From the NCBI GenBank assembly GCA_964398805.1, contig CAYNNI010000043.1, forward strand, positions 1 through 34,153: a stretch of DNA of 34,153 nucleotides. The letters run 5' to 3'. Numbering within the stretch: position 1 is the first letter of the stretch; each line of letters starts with the position of its first letter. The stretch comes from Candidatus Micrarchaeota archaeon. Lineage in GTDB: Archaea; Micrarchaeota; Micrarchaeia; Micrarchaeales; Micrarchaeaceae. The notes below the pieces were generated by a model. It had not been told where the DNA came from and ran no database searches. It saw only the letters and a list, made by a program, of their open reading frames with translations. This document shows positions 1 to 7,703 of the stretch, piece by piece. A program made the translations under genes and the position numbers.

Positions 1-345
1 GTCCTGCCATTAACGGAATATTCACAGAAAAGAAGTAGTATTTGTTGTATCGCAGAGTGCAATTCATTCACGACCTAAAGGTCGTGGCATTCTTGCCCTA
101 CGAGTAAACAGTGACTATTCAAACGTTTAGCTAGGCGTTAATTTATACCTCGCCCCGAATCCACGCTAAAACTATCTTAGAAAAGAGGGACATTTGATGG
201 ACTTATATAACCCCCCGTTTTGTTTTGTCGATAGTGGCTACTGTGTTCGAAACTGAAGGGACAGCTTGTTTTGCGCTCGATTCTGGAATTTGGAGGCGCC
301 AAACCGCTTTCGCTTGGCTCCGGAAATGGCGCTCTTGATGACATA

Positions 346-364
346 CGTTTTTATTCCTTTATTG
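346..364 (+). promoter_or_regulatory. Candidate TATA-box region for the PCNA gene
   Basis: An AT-rich tttttattcctttattg lies 27-45 nt upstream of the ATG at 391, in an otherwise GC-richer context. The spacing fits an archaeal short-leader or leaderless promoter. Confidence 0.35.
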
Positions 365-390
365 AGATAGTAAAACCTCGGGGCGAATAG

Positions 391-1137
391 ATGTTCGAGC
401 TAAAAATAGACGACGCCAGGTATTGGAAGGCCTGCGTCGATTCCATCGTAAGCCTTATCGATGAGGGCACGTTCAGCATTGCGAAGGAGGGCGTTTCGCT
501 CAAAGCCATGGATCCGTCAGGTATAAGCCTGGTCTCTTTCTTCATACCCAACAAGGCGTTCTCGAAGTACGAAATGGACAAGCCGTCAACGGTCGGGCTC
601 AACATCGACAACTTCAGCAAGATACTCAACAGCTCGAGGGCCAACGAGCAGTTGGTGATGAAGGAGAGCAGCGGCAAGTTCATGATAGAGTTCATAGGCC
701 AGAACAGCAGGCGGAGGTACAGGCTCCCGATGATCGAGACCCGGAAAGAGGCTACGGACAAGGAGCCCAAGATAGAGTTCGAGTCCATAGTGGAGCTGAG
801 GTCTGACCACTTGCGCGAGATGCTCAAGGATGCCAACCTGCTTTCCACCTACATCGGGTTCAAGACCGACAAGGACTCGTTTGTGGTCATAGCGAAGGGC
901 GACGCGGGCGAGCTTGAGGAGGAGCACGCGAGCAATGCCGACGCGATAAAGAAGATAGACGTCAAGAAGCCATCTGGCGTGACATTCAACCTCGACTACT
1001 TGGAGAGGATGGTCAGTGCATGCCCGCAGAACTCCACAATACTCCTCTCGCTCAAGACGGAGGAGCCGATACGCGTCGACTATAAGATCGGGGATGCCGC
1101 GCTCGCATACTACCTTGCGCCGTACATGGAGTCGTGA
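391..1137 (+). CDS. pcn: DNA polymerase sliding clamp (PCNA)
   Basis: The 248-aa ORF reads MFELKIDDARYWKACVDSIVSLIDEGTF...GVSLKAMDPS...VSFFIP...LNIDNFSKIL and ends ...ALAYYLAPYMES. Length and motifs are typical of archaeal PCNA. Confidence 0.92.
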   Translation: MFELKIDDARYWKACVDSIVSLIDEGTFSIAKEGVSLKAMDPSGISLVSFFIPNKAFSKYEMDKPSTVGLNIDNFSKILNSSRANEQLVMKESSGKFMIEFIGQNSRRRYRLPMIETRKEATDKEPKIEFESIVELRSDHLREMLKDANLLSTYIGFKTDKDSFVVIAKGDAGELEEEHASNADAIKKIDVKKPSGVTFNLDYLERMVSACPQNSTILLSLKTEEPIRVDYKIGDAALAYYLAPYMES

Positions 1138-1186
1138 CCCGCACATAGCAGATAAATAGTTTTCCAGTCAACGCTATTGCGGTGCA

Positions 1187-1705
1187 ATGAGACTGCTCGT
1201 GTTCGTCACGCCGAAGGATTTCCGCGACGAATCGGTTTCGAGGCTTAAGCTCTTCCTGGACAAGTGGGATATAGACACTGTCATAACGAGCTACAGCACG
1301 AAGGACTGCGTGGGAAGCCACGGCGCGGTGTACACGCCGGGCATCAACACGGGCAAGGTGCTGGCGGACGACTACGACGGCATAATTCTGGTCGACGGCG
1401 CGGGAATAGAGGCCTACAGGATATATGACTACAGGCCGCTGCTCGACCTGATGCTGATCTTCAATTCGAAGAAGAAGGCAATAATATCCGTGGGCAACGC
1501 CACGAAGATACCCGCCAGGGCGAACATAATAAAGGGCAGGACGGTGGCGGTGGGCGACGACGAGACCAAGAGGCTTGTCCAGCTGTTCCATGGGACGCCA
1601 TCTCCGAACGCAATCGAGATATCGGACAATCTTATGACCGTCAGCAGCAGCACAGAGATAGACAACGCGATGCCCCAGATACTTCAGCGTATGGGAGTAA
1701 TGTAG
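1187..1705 (+). CDS. DJ-1/PfpI-like (class I glutamine amidotransferase-fold) protein, apparently lacking the nucleophile Cys
   Basis: The 172-aa ORF has the family pattern DYDGIILVDGAG...PLLDLMLIFNSKKKAIISVGNATKIPARANIIKGRTV. The expected elbow motif (a-I-C-H-G-P) reads ISVGNA instead. Its TAG stop abuts the ATG of the Rpp21 gene. Confidence 0.55.
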   Translation: MRLLVFVTPKDFRDESVSRLKLFLDKWDIDTVITSYSTKDCVGSHGAVYTPGINTGKVLADDYDGIILVDGAGIEAYRIYDYRPLLDLMLIFNSKKKAIISVGNATKIPARANIIKGRTVAVGDDETKRLVQLFHGTPSPNAIEISDNLMTVSSSTEIDNAMPQILQRMGVM

Positions 1706-2011
1706 ATGCGCACCAACACCCGCGCCCTAGTTGACGAGATAGCGAAGGAGCGCATGCACATCCTATTCGGCCTTGCGGAGAGGTGCGCCGCGACCGACGG
1801 CGCGCTGTCGAGGGCCTATGTAGGCCACATCAAGAAGATAAGCACCCACTACAAGGTAAGCGTCCCGCGCGAGATAAGGAACCGTATCTGCAAGAAGTGC
1901 GGCTCTGTGCTGATACCGGGCCTGACCGCGAAAGTGAGGATCGCGAGCAGCAGGCGCCATGTCGTGTACGCGTGCACTCGCTGCAAAGCCGAGAAGCACG
2001 TGAGCTACTGA
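1706..2011 (+). CDS. rnp4: RNase P protein component 4 (Rpp21/Rpr2 family)
   Basis: The 101-aa ORF has an N-terminal helical part (ERMHILFGLAE...) followed by a zinc ribbon, RICKKCGSVLIPG...ACTRCKAEK. Confidence 0.85.
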   Translation: MRTNTRALVDEIAKERMHILFGLAERCAATDGALSRAYVGHIKKISTHYKVSVPREIRNRICKKCGSVLIPGLTAKVRIASSRRHVVYACTRCKAEKHVSY

Positions 2012-2415
2012 TTGTGTAGTCCGAGCTGCGCCGCGAGCATTGCGGATTCTTCTGGGGGCATTTCTGCCCTGCCGAAATAACGCACATCCCGCTTAGACAG
2101 GGGGTATCTTGGTATTACGTGGATGTGGAAGTGCGGTATTATCTGGCCCGCGCCCTTCCCTATGTTGGTGGTAACGTTGACCCCGGTCGCCTGTAGCTTC
2201 TCCATGCACAGGGCAGCGAATTTCCTAGCAACCAGGAAGCAGTGCGCCACCGCTTCTTCAGGAGCCGCGAGCATGTTCTCGCTGTGGACCCGGGATATCA
2301 CGAGCATGTGGCCTTTCTCCGCAGGAAACTTGTCGAACACCACGAAGCACGTGCCGTCGGAGTAGAGTGCCTGGTCAAGGTGCCTGCCCAGCCCGCAGAA
2401 AACGCATTCGTCCAT
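2005..2415 (-). CDS. HIT (histidine triad) family nucleotide hydrolase/transferase
   Basis: The 136-aa ORF carries CVFC near the N-terminus and the histidine triad IPHFHIHVIPR. It converges on and overlaps the rnp4 stop by 7 nt. Confidence 0.9.
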   Translation of the reverse strand: MDECVFCGLGRHLDQALYSDGTCFVVFDKFPAEKGHMLVISRVHSENMLAAPEEAVAHCFLVARKFAALCMEKLQATGVNVTTNIGKGAGQIIPHFHIHVIPRYPLSKRDVRYFGRAEMPPEESAMLAAQLGLHNQ

Positions 2416-2423
2416 AGCCAGGC

Positions 2424-2609
2424 CTAATTGAGCTCATCCTGCCTGCGTATCGCCAGGCCAAACTCCTCAAGGCAGTCGCGTATTGCGGCCTCCACGCTGG
2501 CGCGGGCCTCCTTGACGGTCCTGCCTCGGCCCGATACGCCGAGCTCGCTGCAGTACGCGACGTAGTCGGCGTTGCCTTTGGTTATTATTATCGTGAGCTT
2601 TGTCTGCAT
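2424..2609 (-). CDS. HicB-like / UPF0150 family small protein (antitoxin-like fold)
   Basis: The 61-aa ORF reads TIIITKGNADYVAYCSELGVSGRGRTVKEARASVEAAIRDCLE, matching the usual HicB N-domain pattern (yvA.vPeLpG..tqG.T.eEA....eAi). No HicA-like ORF is adjacent. Confidence 0.55.
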   Translation of the reverse strand: MQTKLTIIITKGNADYVAYCSELGVSGRGRTVKEARASVEAAIRDCLEEFGLAIRRQDELN

Positions 2610-2618
2610 GCAATCACA

Positions 2619-2727
2619 TGGGCTCGGGGAGATTTGAACTCCCGACCTACGGCTTTCTTATCTTTGATGAAACTTTGCTGAAAGTTTCTTATAAGACCGC
2701 CGCTCTAACCAACTGAGCTACGAGCCC
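2619..2727 (-). tRNA. tRNA-Ile (anticodon UAU) with a 35-nt intron at the canonical 37/38 position
   Basis: The reverse complement folds as GGGCTCG TA GCTC AGTTGGTTA GAGC G GCGGT CTTATA[35-nt intron]A GCCGT AGGTC GGGAG TTCAAAT CTCCC CGAGCCC A. The intron spans about 2655-2689 and contains the hairpin GAAACTTT-CAGC-AAAGTTTC plus ATAAG complementary to the anticodon-loop CTTAT. The spliced length is 74 nt. Confidence 0.8.
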
Positions 2728-2746
2728 CGCATCGATTTGTCGAACA

Positions 2747-2758
2747 AAATATTTAATG
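2747..2758 (-). promoter_or_regulatory. Candidate TATA box for tRNA-Ile
   Basis: The minus strand reads ATTAAATATTTT, centred about 25-30 nt upstream of the tRNA 5' end at 2727. It lies between the AglB stop and the tRNA. Confidence 0.45.
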
Positions 2759-2771
2759 CCCTCGCTTCCCG

Positions 2772-5700
2772 TCAGGGCATGGTGTAGTTGTTGCTCACCC
2801 AATGCGGCTTTGGGGGAACTGCGGGCAGCGTGCCCGTGAAGTTGTCCGGGGAGAATATCCTGACGTTATAGGTGCCGTTGACTAGGTTGACGCCGTTGGT
2901 GTTGGACGGATACACCTCCGTGAAGCCTGGAAGGCTGCCCAGGAAGAAAGCCTTGTAGAAGTTCGAGTCGTAGAACTGCGACGGCGCGTTGGTTATCGTG
3001 CTGTTCGCGGCATCCGGCAGGTATATCATCAGGTACTCGACGAACTGCACGCCCGCGATGTTCACCACGCCGAGGTAGTCGCTGGACTGCAGCACCGCGT
3101 TGAGCTTGCTGCCTGTGGTGTTGTAGACGGTGAGGACGCCGTTCCTGTTCGGCGTGGAGTTGACGCACACAGTCCTGTTCGAGACCGAGTTGCCGATGAC
3201 AAGATACGCGCTGATCAGGACGCTCTTGCTGCGGGATATGGAGCAGTAGTTGCTTATGCTCTGCTGCGTGGACATGTTAGCCGGCAGGAGCGCTGCCAGA
3301 GGCAGCAGCGCGTACTGCGGGTCGTGGCTGACCTCGCACTGCGAGCTGCCTAGAAGGTACGGCACCGGAGGGCTCTGCTGGGCGCCCTGCGACTCGGCGT
3401 AAGACAGCGACGTAGCGTTGATGTGCACGCACGCGAGGAAGTCGAGCGCCTGCCACTTCGACACGAGGTCGTGGTCAAGCAGCAGGTACTTGGATTGGTT
3501 GGTGTTCATGTAGCTGGCAAGCGCCTGCGGGGTGAAGTTGTAGTAGGGTCCGAGGACAAGCTGCGCTGCCGTGGCATAGTCTTCCTTCGCCACGGAGTTG
3601 TCTCCGCGGAGCACGGCGTTGCTGTTTCCGAACCAGTTTATCCAGTCGCCATAGTCCCACCAGGCCAGCACGCGGGGTGCGTTTGGCCCGACGTTCTGGC
3701 GTATCCACTCCATGGCGTTGAGCCAGTACTGGGGTATGGTGTTGCAGTAGATGTTGTAGCCCATGCTGTTGACGTTGTTAGCGAGGATGCTGCATGCCTT
3801 CGCCGCGTTCGAGAGGTACGTGAACTGCGCGGCCACGGCCTGGAACATCGAATTTGTTTCGCCGAGCGCGAGAGTGTGCGGCGCCATGAACGCGAAAAGG
3901 GCGAGGAGCACGTACAGCGCCAGCAGGCCCTTGTCGGAGCCGGCCAGGGACTTTTTCGCGCCGTACCTGTACACTATGATGAATGCTGCCGCTATGAACA
4001 GGAACTCAAGGCCGAAGATGAAGAACAGGCCGAGGGACATCAGGCCCTCAACACCAAGGCGGTGATCCTTGTACACCGAGCCGAGGTCGTAGTGGCGCTC
4101 CTCCGCTGCGTGCGAGCGCGTCAGGTAAACAAGCGCGACTATCAGCGCCAGGAACAGCGCGCCGAGCGCGAGAGTGGTGTCCGTGTTGAAGCTGTACAGC
4201 GAGAACGACACGAGCAGGGCGGTGATGCCGAGCACCGACGCGGTCAATAGCACGAGCTCGCGCCTCTGCACGGCCTGGACGCGGTAGTAGTTCGACTTGA
4301 GGAGGTACATCAGCTCCCCGAGAAGGATGCCGAAAAGCAGTATGTAAGCCACGCCCATGTGCGGGAGGTACTTGACCTCGGAGAAGCCCGCGGTCATTAG
4401 CGGCAGCGCGACGGAGACGTAGAGTATGCCCGTCCTGCTCTTCCTGAGGCCTATGGAAAGGAATATCAGCGCTATCGCAGCCGCGCATATGAGCCATACG
4501 AGCACCGGCACGCCGAAGGTGTTGGCGCCGAGCGCGCCGAATCCCGCGCCGGCGAAATTGTAGAGCGGGCCCGTTGGTATGAACTCCTGCACCGTCATGA
4601 AGAGCGCCTTGGACGGCGTCGTGAACCTGGTGCTGAGCTCTATGTAGCTCTTGAAGGGGTCGCCGAGCTTCGTGAACGCGAGCAGTGCGGCAGCAAGCGC
4701 GAAGATGACCGCCATGAACGCGAGGTTGGATACGAAGCCGGCGTCCTTGAAGACGATGCTGCGCTTGGCGAGCTCTTTCGGCACGAAATCAAAGACTGCT
4801 ACGAACAGCAGCGCCAGCACTGGCGCGGCTATGAGTATAGGCACGCCGAGCACGCTGGAAAGATTGCTCTGCAGCGTCGCCTCGTACGGCGCGTAAAGCG
4901 CGTAGAAGATGATGACTATCGCGAGGACTATCGCGTTCATCCTGTAGAAGTCCGACAGGGACTCGCCCCTAAGGACGTTGATCACGCCTTCGATGAGTAT
5001 GTAGATCGTGAGCACGCCTGCGGTGACCGTGTAGTAGTGTGCGCCCAGGAACGTTGATGCAAAGCTCACGCCGGCCAGCACGGCCAGGCGCTTGCTCTTG
5101 GGGTTCCTGATCGCAAGCATGTACGCCGCAAAGAAGAGGAACAGCGTGAATATGCCCCACGGCTCAAGGAGCTGCTCTCCCGCTATGAACGTCGTTAGCA
5201 GGACTGGCATCATCGCGGTGAGGCCCGCGCCTATCAGGCCTATCGCGGGATCGTACTCGTGATAGAGGAGCATGAATATGACGAAGACGAGCAGCGCGGC
5301 GGTTATGGGAGGGTAGATGCCGCCGACGTAGCTCATCAGGGACGTGCTGAACGTGACGTGATGGAACTTAAGCGCGTTGGCGAGGCTGTACCAGTAGGCC
5401 TCGAGATACGGGACTATGGGCTGTATCCTATGGTTCGTGCCTGCGGCGACTACGGGCCATGCGCTCGGGTCGAGCAGGAGCTGGTGCCCGTAGGTCAGTA
5501 TGTACTCTGCGTCGTACATGTCGAAGTACGGGTCGAACTCAAAGAACTTCGGCGCGGTGACTATGCTCTGCATGCGCGTCAGGAAGGTCAGTATCATCAG
5601 GATTGCGAGTATGCCCCACACGAGCGTCCTGGTCTTCTTGTGCGCATGGGTCTCTTCTGGGACGCCAATGAGCTGCGATTCCTCCCTTTTGAGGAACCTT

Positions 5701-5993
5701 GCGAGGTCCTTGAGCGCGCCCTCCTTGTAGCAGATTGCCGCGCCGATAAAGGTGAGGAGCAGGGCGTTGGCCTCGAAGAGCTGAAGCGAGAAAGAGAATG
5801 CGTGCACGTAGCCCATCAGGTACGCCTCAAGCCACGTAAGAGCGGCTGGGGCAATCAGGCCGAACGCGATCCCGAGGATTGCGATCTCGAATGTGTGGAG
5901 CTCTGTCTTTCTGAGAAGCGCGAAAGCAAGCAGCATGCCGGGGACGAACATGGATAGCGATGCGATTATTGCCGCGGCTATCAGACCGAACAT
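2772..5993 (-). CDS. aglB: Archaeal oligosaccharyltransferase AglB (STT3 family), long form
   Basis: The 1073-aa ORF has many N-terminal transmembrane segments. The hallmark WWDYG motif (AWWDYGDWINWFG) is encoded at 3648-3662. The large C-terminal soluble region is rich in N-x-S/T sequons. Confidence 0.9.
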   Translation of the reverse strand: MFGLIAAAIIASLSMFVPGMLLAFALLRKTELHTFEIAILGIAFGLIAPAALTWLEAYLMGYVHAFSFSLQLFEANALLLTFIGAAICYKEGALKDLARFLKREESQLIGVPEETHAHKKTRTLVWGILAILMILTFLTRMQSIVTAPKFFEFDPYFDMYDAEYILTYGHQLLLDPSAWPVVAAGTNHRIQPIVPYLEAYWYSLANALKFHHVTFSTSLMSYVGGIYPPITAALLVFVIFMLLYHEYDPAIGLIGAGLTAMMPVLLTTFIAGEQLLEPWGIFTLFLFFAAYMLAIRNPKSKRLAVLAGVSFASTFLGAHYYTVTAGVLTIYILIEGVINVLRGESLSDFYRMNAIVLAIVIIFYALYAPYEATLQSNLSSVLGVPILIAAPVLALLFVAVFDFVPKELAKRSIVFKDAGFVSNLAFMAVIFALAAALLAFTKLGDPFKSYIELSTRFTTPSKALFMTVQEFIPTGPLYNFAGAGFGALGANTFGVPVLVWLICAAAIALIFLSIGLRKSRTGILYVSVALPLMTAGFSEVKYLPHMGVAYILLFGILLGELMYLLKSNYYRVQAVQRRELVLLTASVLGITALLVSFSLYSFNTDTTLALGALFLALIVALVYLTRSHAAEERHYDLGSVYKDHRLGVEGLMSLGLFFIFGLEFLFIAAAFIIVYRYGAKKSLAGSDKGLLALYVLLALFAFMAPHTLALGETNSMFQAVAAQFTYLSNAAKACSILANNVNSMGYNIYCNTIPQYWLNAMEWIRQNVGPNAPRVLAWWDYGDWINWFGNSNAVLRGDNSVAKEDYATAAQLVLGPYYNFTPQALASYMNTNQSKYLLLDHDLVSKWQALDFLACVHINATSLSYAESQGAQQSPPVPYLLGSSQCEVSHDPQYALLPLAALLPANMSTQQSISNYCSISRSKSVLISAYLVIGNSVSNRTVCVNSTPNRNGVLTVYNTTGSKLNAVLQSSDYLGVVNIAGVQFVEYLMIYLPDAANSTITNAPSQFYDSNFYKAFFLGSLPGFTEVYPSNTNGVNLVNGTYNVRIFSPDNFTGTLPAVPPKPHWVSNNYTMP

Positions 5994-6001
5994 GTCAAGC
6001 C

Positions 6002-6625
6002 CTAGCTAGTAAGTATGTATCTTGGCACTTCCACTTTCTTCATTACCCGATCAGGGAACACTGTGCCAGGCGGGACTATCTTCACCTTGATTCCTATCGC
6101 GCCGTACTTGGGGTATGAGGAAACAACCGCCGAGCGCACCAACCCGGTTATGTCACCGGCCTTCGGAAGGTAACCGACGTTCTTCCTGATGGACTTGGCG
6201 CGCGCGCCCTTCGCCGCCAGCTTTCCGCTCGCGACTATCTCGACGCCGAGCGCGCCGTTCTCTATTATCTCCCTAAGTGTGGACTGTATGAGCCTGCGTG
6301 GGTTGATTCCGCGCTCCAGCTTCTCGGCTATGCTCTTTGCGACGAGAAGCGGCTCCAGCATGTGGTTCTTGACCTCCATGACGTTTATCTGGGGGTTCTC
6401 GACGTTGAACTTCCTCTTCACCGCATCTGTGAGCGCATCGATTGTGCTGCCGGCACGCCCTATGACCCTTCCAGGATGCAGCACGTAGACCGTTATTCTC
6501 GTGAGCACTGGCGTCTTCTGTATCTCCACGCGCGAGAACCCGGCCTTGGAGAGCTCGGTCTCCAAATACTTCGCTATGCTGAGCTTGATTATTGCGTCGT
6601 CTATGAATTTCTGACTCATTGCCAT
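6002..6625 (-). CDS. rps3: 30S ribosomal protein uS3
   Basis: The KH-domain pattern reads GFSRVEIQKTPVLTRITVYVLHPGRVIGRAGSTIDAL...GVEIVASGKL. The first ATG is at 6625 and an in-frame GTG is at 6634. It starts 1 nt after the uL22 stop. Confidence 0.93.
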   Translation of the reverse strand: MAMSQKFIDDAIIKLSIAKYLETELSKAGFSRVEIQKTPVLTRITVYVLHPGRVIGRAGSTIDALTDAVKRKFNVENPQINVMEVKNHMLEPLLVAKSIAEKLERGINPRRLIQSTLREIIENGALGVEIVASGKLAAKGARAKSIRKNVGYLPKAGDITGLVRSAVVSSYPKYGAIGIKVKIVPPGTVFPDRVMKKVEVPRYILTS

Positions 6626-6626
6626 T

Positions 6627-7310
6627 TCATGCACTCTCCGGCGCGATTGCGGGCGCCGTCTCCGCCTTGACAGGCTTTGCGACCTCGGCCTTCTCCGGCT
6701 TTGCTACAGTGGGAACTTGCTTTGGCTTCTCGACCTTCTTCGCTGCCGCTTTGACGACCTTCTCTGGCTTCTTCACCGGTAGCTTCTTAGCCCTCGCCAG
6801 GGCGTCCTTTATGCGCTTGCTCAGCTTATCGTAATCTGCAGATATGCCCAGCTCAACTTTCGCGAACTCGAGGTCGCTGAACCTGGTGGAGCCACGGCCG
6901 TACCTCCCCGCGCCGAACACCAGTATGCCTTTCGGCGGAGTCCTGCGCGCGACGATTGTCTTGTTGGCTGCGGCGTGCACGACGTATGCGGAATCGACAT
7001 CCACGCCCTTGGCCTTGGCGGCAGCCATTGCGTTCCTCAGGACTTTCTGCACGATGCGCGCGCATTTGCTGGGCCACCTCCCCTTCACGCCGCCCAGCTC
7101 GTGCCTTGAGCCCATGTACCTGTTGTGGCGCCTGTACGCGACAGGGGTTTCTGCCGCACCCACGCTGTCGAGGATGCGCATTGCGTCTCCCGCGCTCTTG
7201 TACCTTATCGCGTCGCAGACAGCGCAGAGGTCCTTGTAGCTCGCGTTGATGTCTTCTAGCCTGGAGAGGACCACGCCAAGCCTGCCCTGATTGAATGAAT
7301 ATGCCGTCAT
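6627..7310 (-). CDS. rpl22: 50S ribosomal protein uL22 with a ~70-aa Lys/Ala/Pro/Glu-rich C-terminal extension
   Basis: The start MTAYSF... at 7310 overlaps the uS19 TGA as ATGA. The core reads SYKDLCAVCDAIRYKSAGDAMRILDSV...VVHAAANKTIVARR. The tail reads KKLPVKKPEKVVKAAAKKVEKPKQVPTVAKPEKAEVAKPVKAETAPAIAPESA. The track ORF start at 7481 is read-through of the uS19 frame region. Confidence 0.9.
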   Translation of the reverse strand: MTAYSFNQGRLGVVLSRLEDINASYKDLCAVCDAIRYKSAGDAMRILDSVGAAETPVAYRRHNRYMGSRHELGGVKGRWPSKCARIVQKVLRNAMAAAKAKGVDVDSAYVVHAAANKTIVARRTPPKGILVFGAGRYGRGSTRFSDLEFAKVELGISADYDKLSKRIKDALARAKKLPVKKPEKVVKAAAKKVEKPKQVPTVAKPEKAEVAKPVKAETAPAIAPESA

Positions 7311-7699
7311 TTGACCGCCAGGAACTTGCTTCCGCGCGTCGCCCTTATGCCCGGCGCAGAGTGCTGAACGTGCTTCGTGGTGTGTGAGTACTCGCCGAGC
7401 CTGTGGCCCAGCATGTTCGCGGTCACGTACACGGGTATGAACTCCTTGCCGTTGTGGACCTCGAACCTGAGGCCGACCCACGCGGGAAGTATCGCAGCCT
7501 CCCTGACATGGGTCTTTATGGGCTTCGTGTTGTTCTGCTTCCTGCGCTTCTCTATTTTCTCTAGGAGCTTCTTGTAGGAGCCCGAGCTGCGCTTGATGCT
7601 CCTGCGCAGCCTCGACTTTATCATGGGCAGGTAATCGCCTTGGCTGATGCCTGTCAGCTCGGCCTGGGTCTTGCCCCTGAATGCTACTCGTTCTGGCAT
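7307..7699 (-). CDS. rps19: 30S ribosomal protein uS19
   Basis: The 130-aa ORF reads ...IKTHVREAAILPAWVGLRFEVHNGKEFIPVYVTANMLGHRLGEYSHT. Confidence 0.93.
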   Translation of the reverse strand: MPERVAFRGKTQAELTGISQGDYLPMIKSRLRRSIKRSSGSYKKLLEKIEKRRKQNNTKPIKTHVREAAILPAWVGLRFEVHNGKEFIPVYVTANMLGHRLGEYSHTTKHVQHSAPGIRATRGSKFLAVK

Positions 7700-7703
7700 T
7701 TTT

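Noticed and set aside
255-345. A C/D-box sRNA in the 5' non-coding region (TGATGA at about 337-342, CTGA at about 262-265).
   Set aside because: The box order is wrong on the plus strand, with the D-like box upstream of the C-like box. No second box pair or terminal stem is present.
3423-4250. A 275-aa plus-strand ORF inside the AglB locus, along with other plus-strand ORFs at 3763-4065, 4651-4896 and 5259-5957.
   Set aside because: They are antisense to a gene with an unambiguous STT3/WWDYG signature. The translations are Arg/His/Glu-rich and low-complexity with no motifs, which is typical of open antisense frames in GC-rich coding DNA.
7311-7481. Longer N-terminal extensions suggested by the ORF track for uL22 (7481), eL15 (12427), RadA (27426), diphthine synthase (28494), Maf (25945) and oxidoreductase alpha (25965).
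   Set aside because: The extra residues overlap upstream genes or promoters and look non-protein-like. Internal ATGs align with the conserved family N-termini, so I used those starts.
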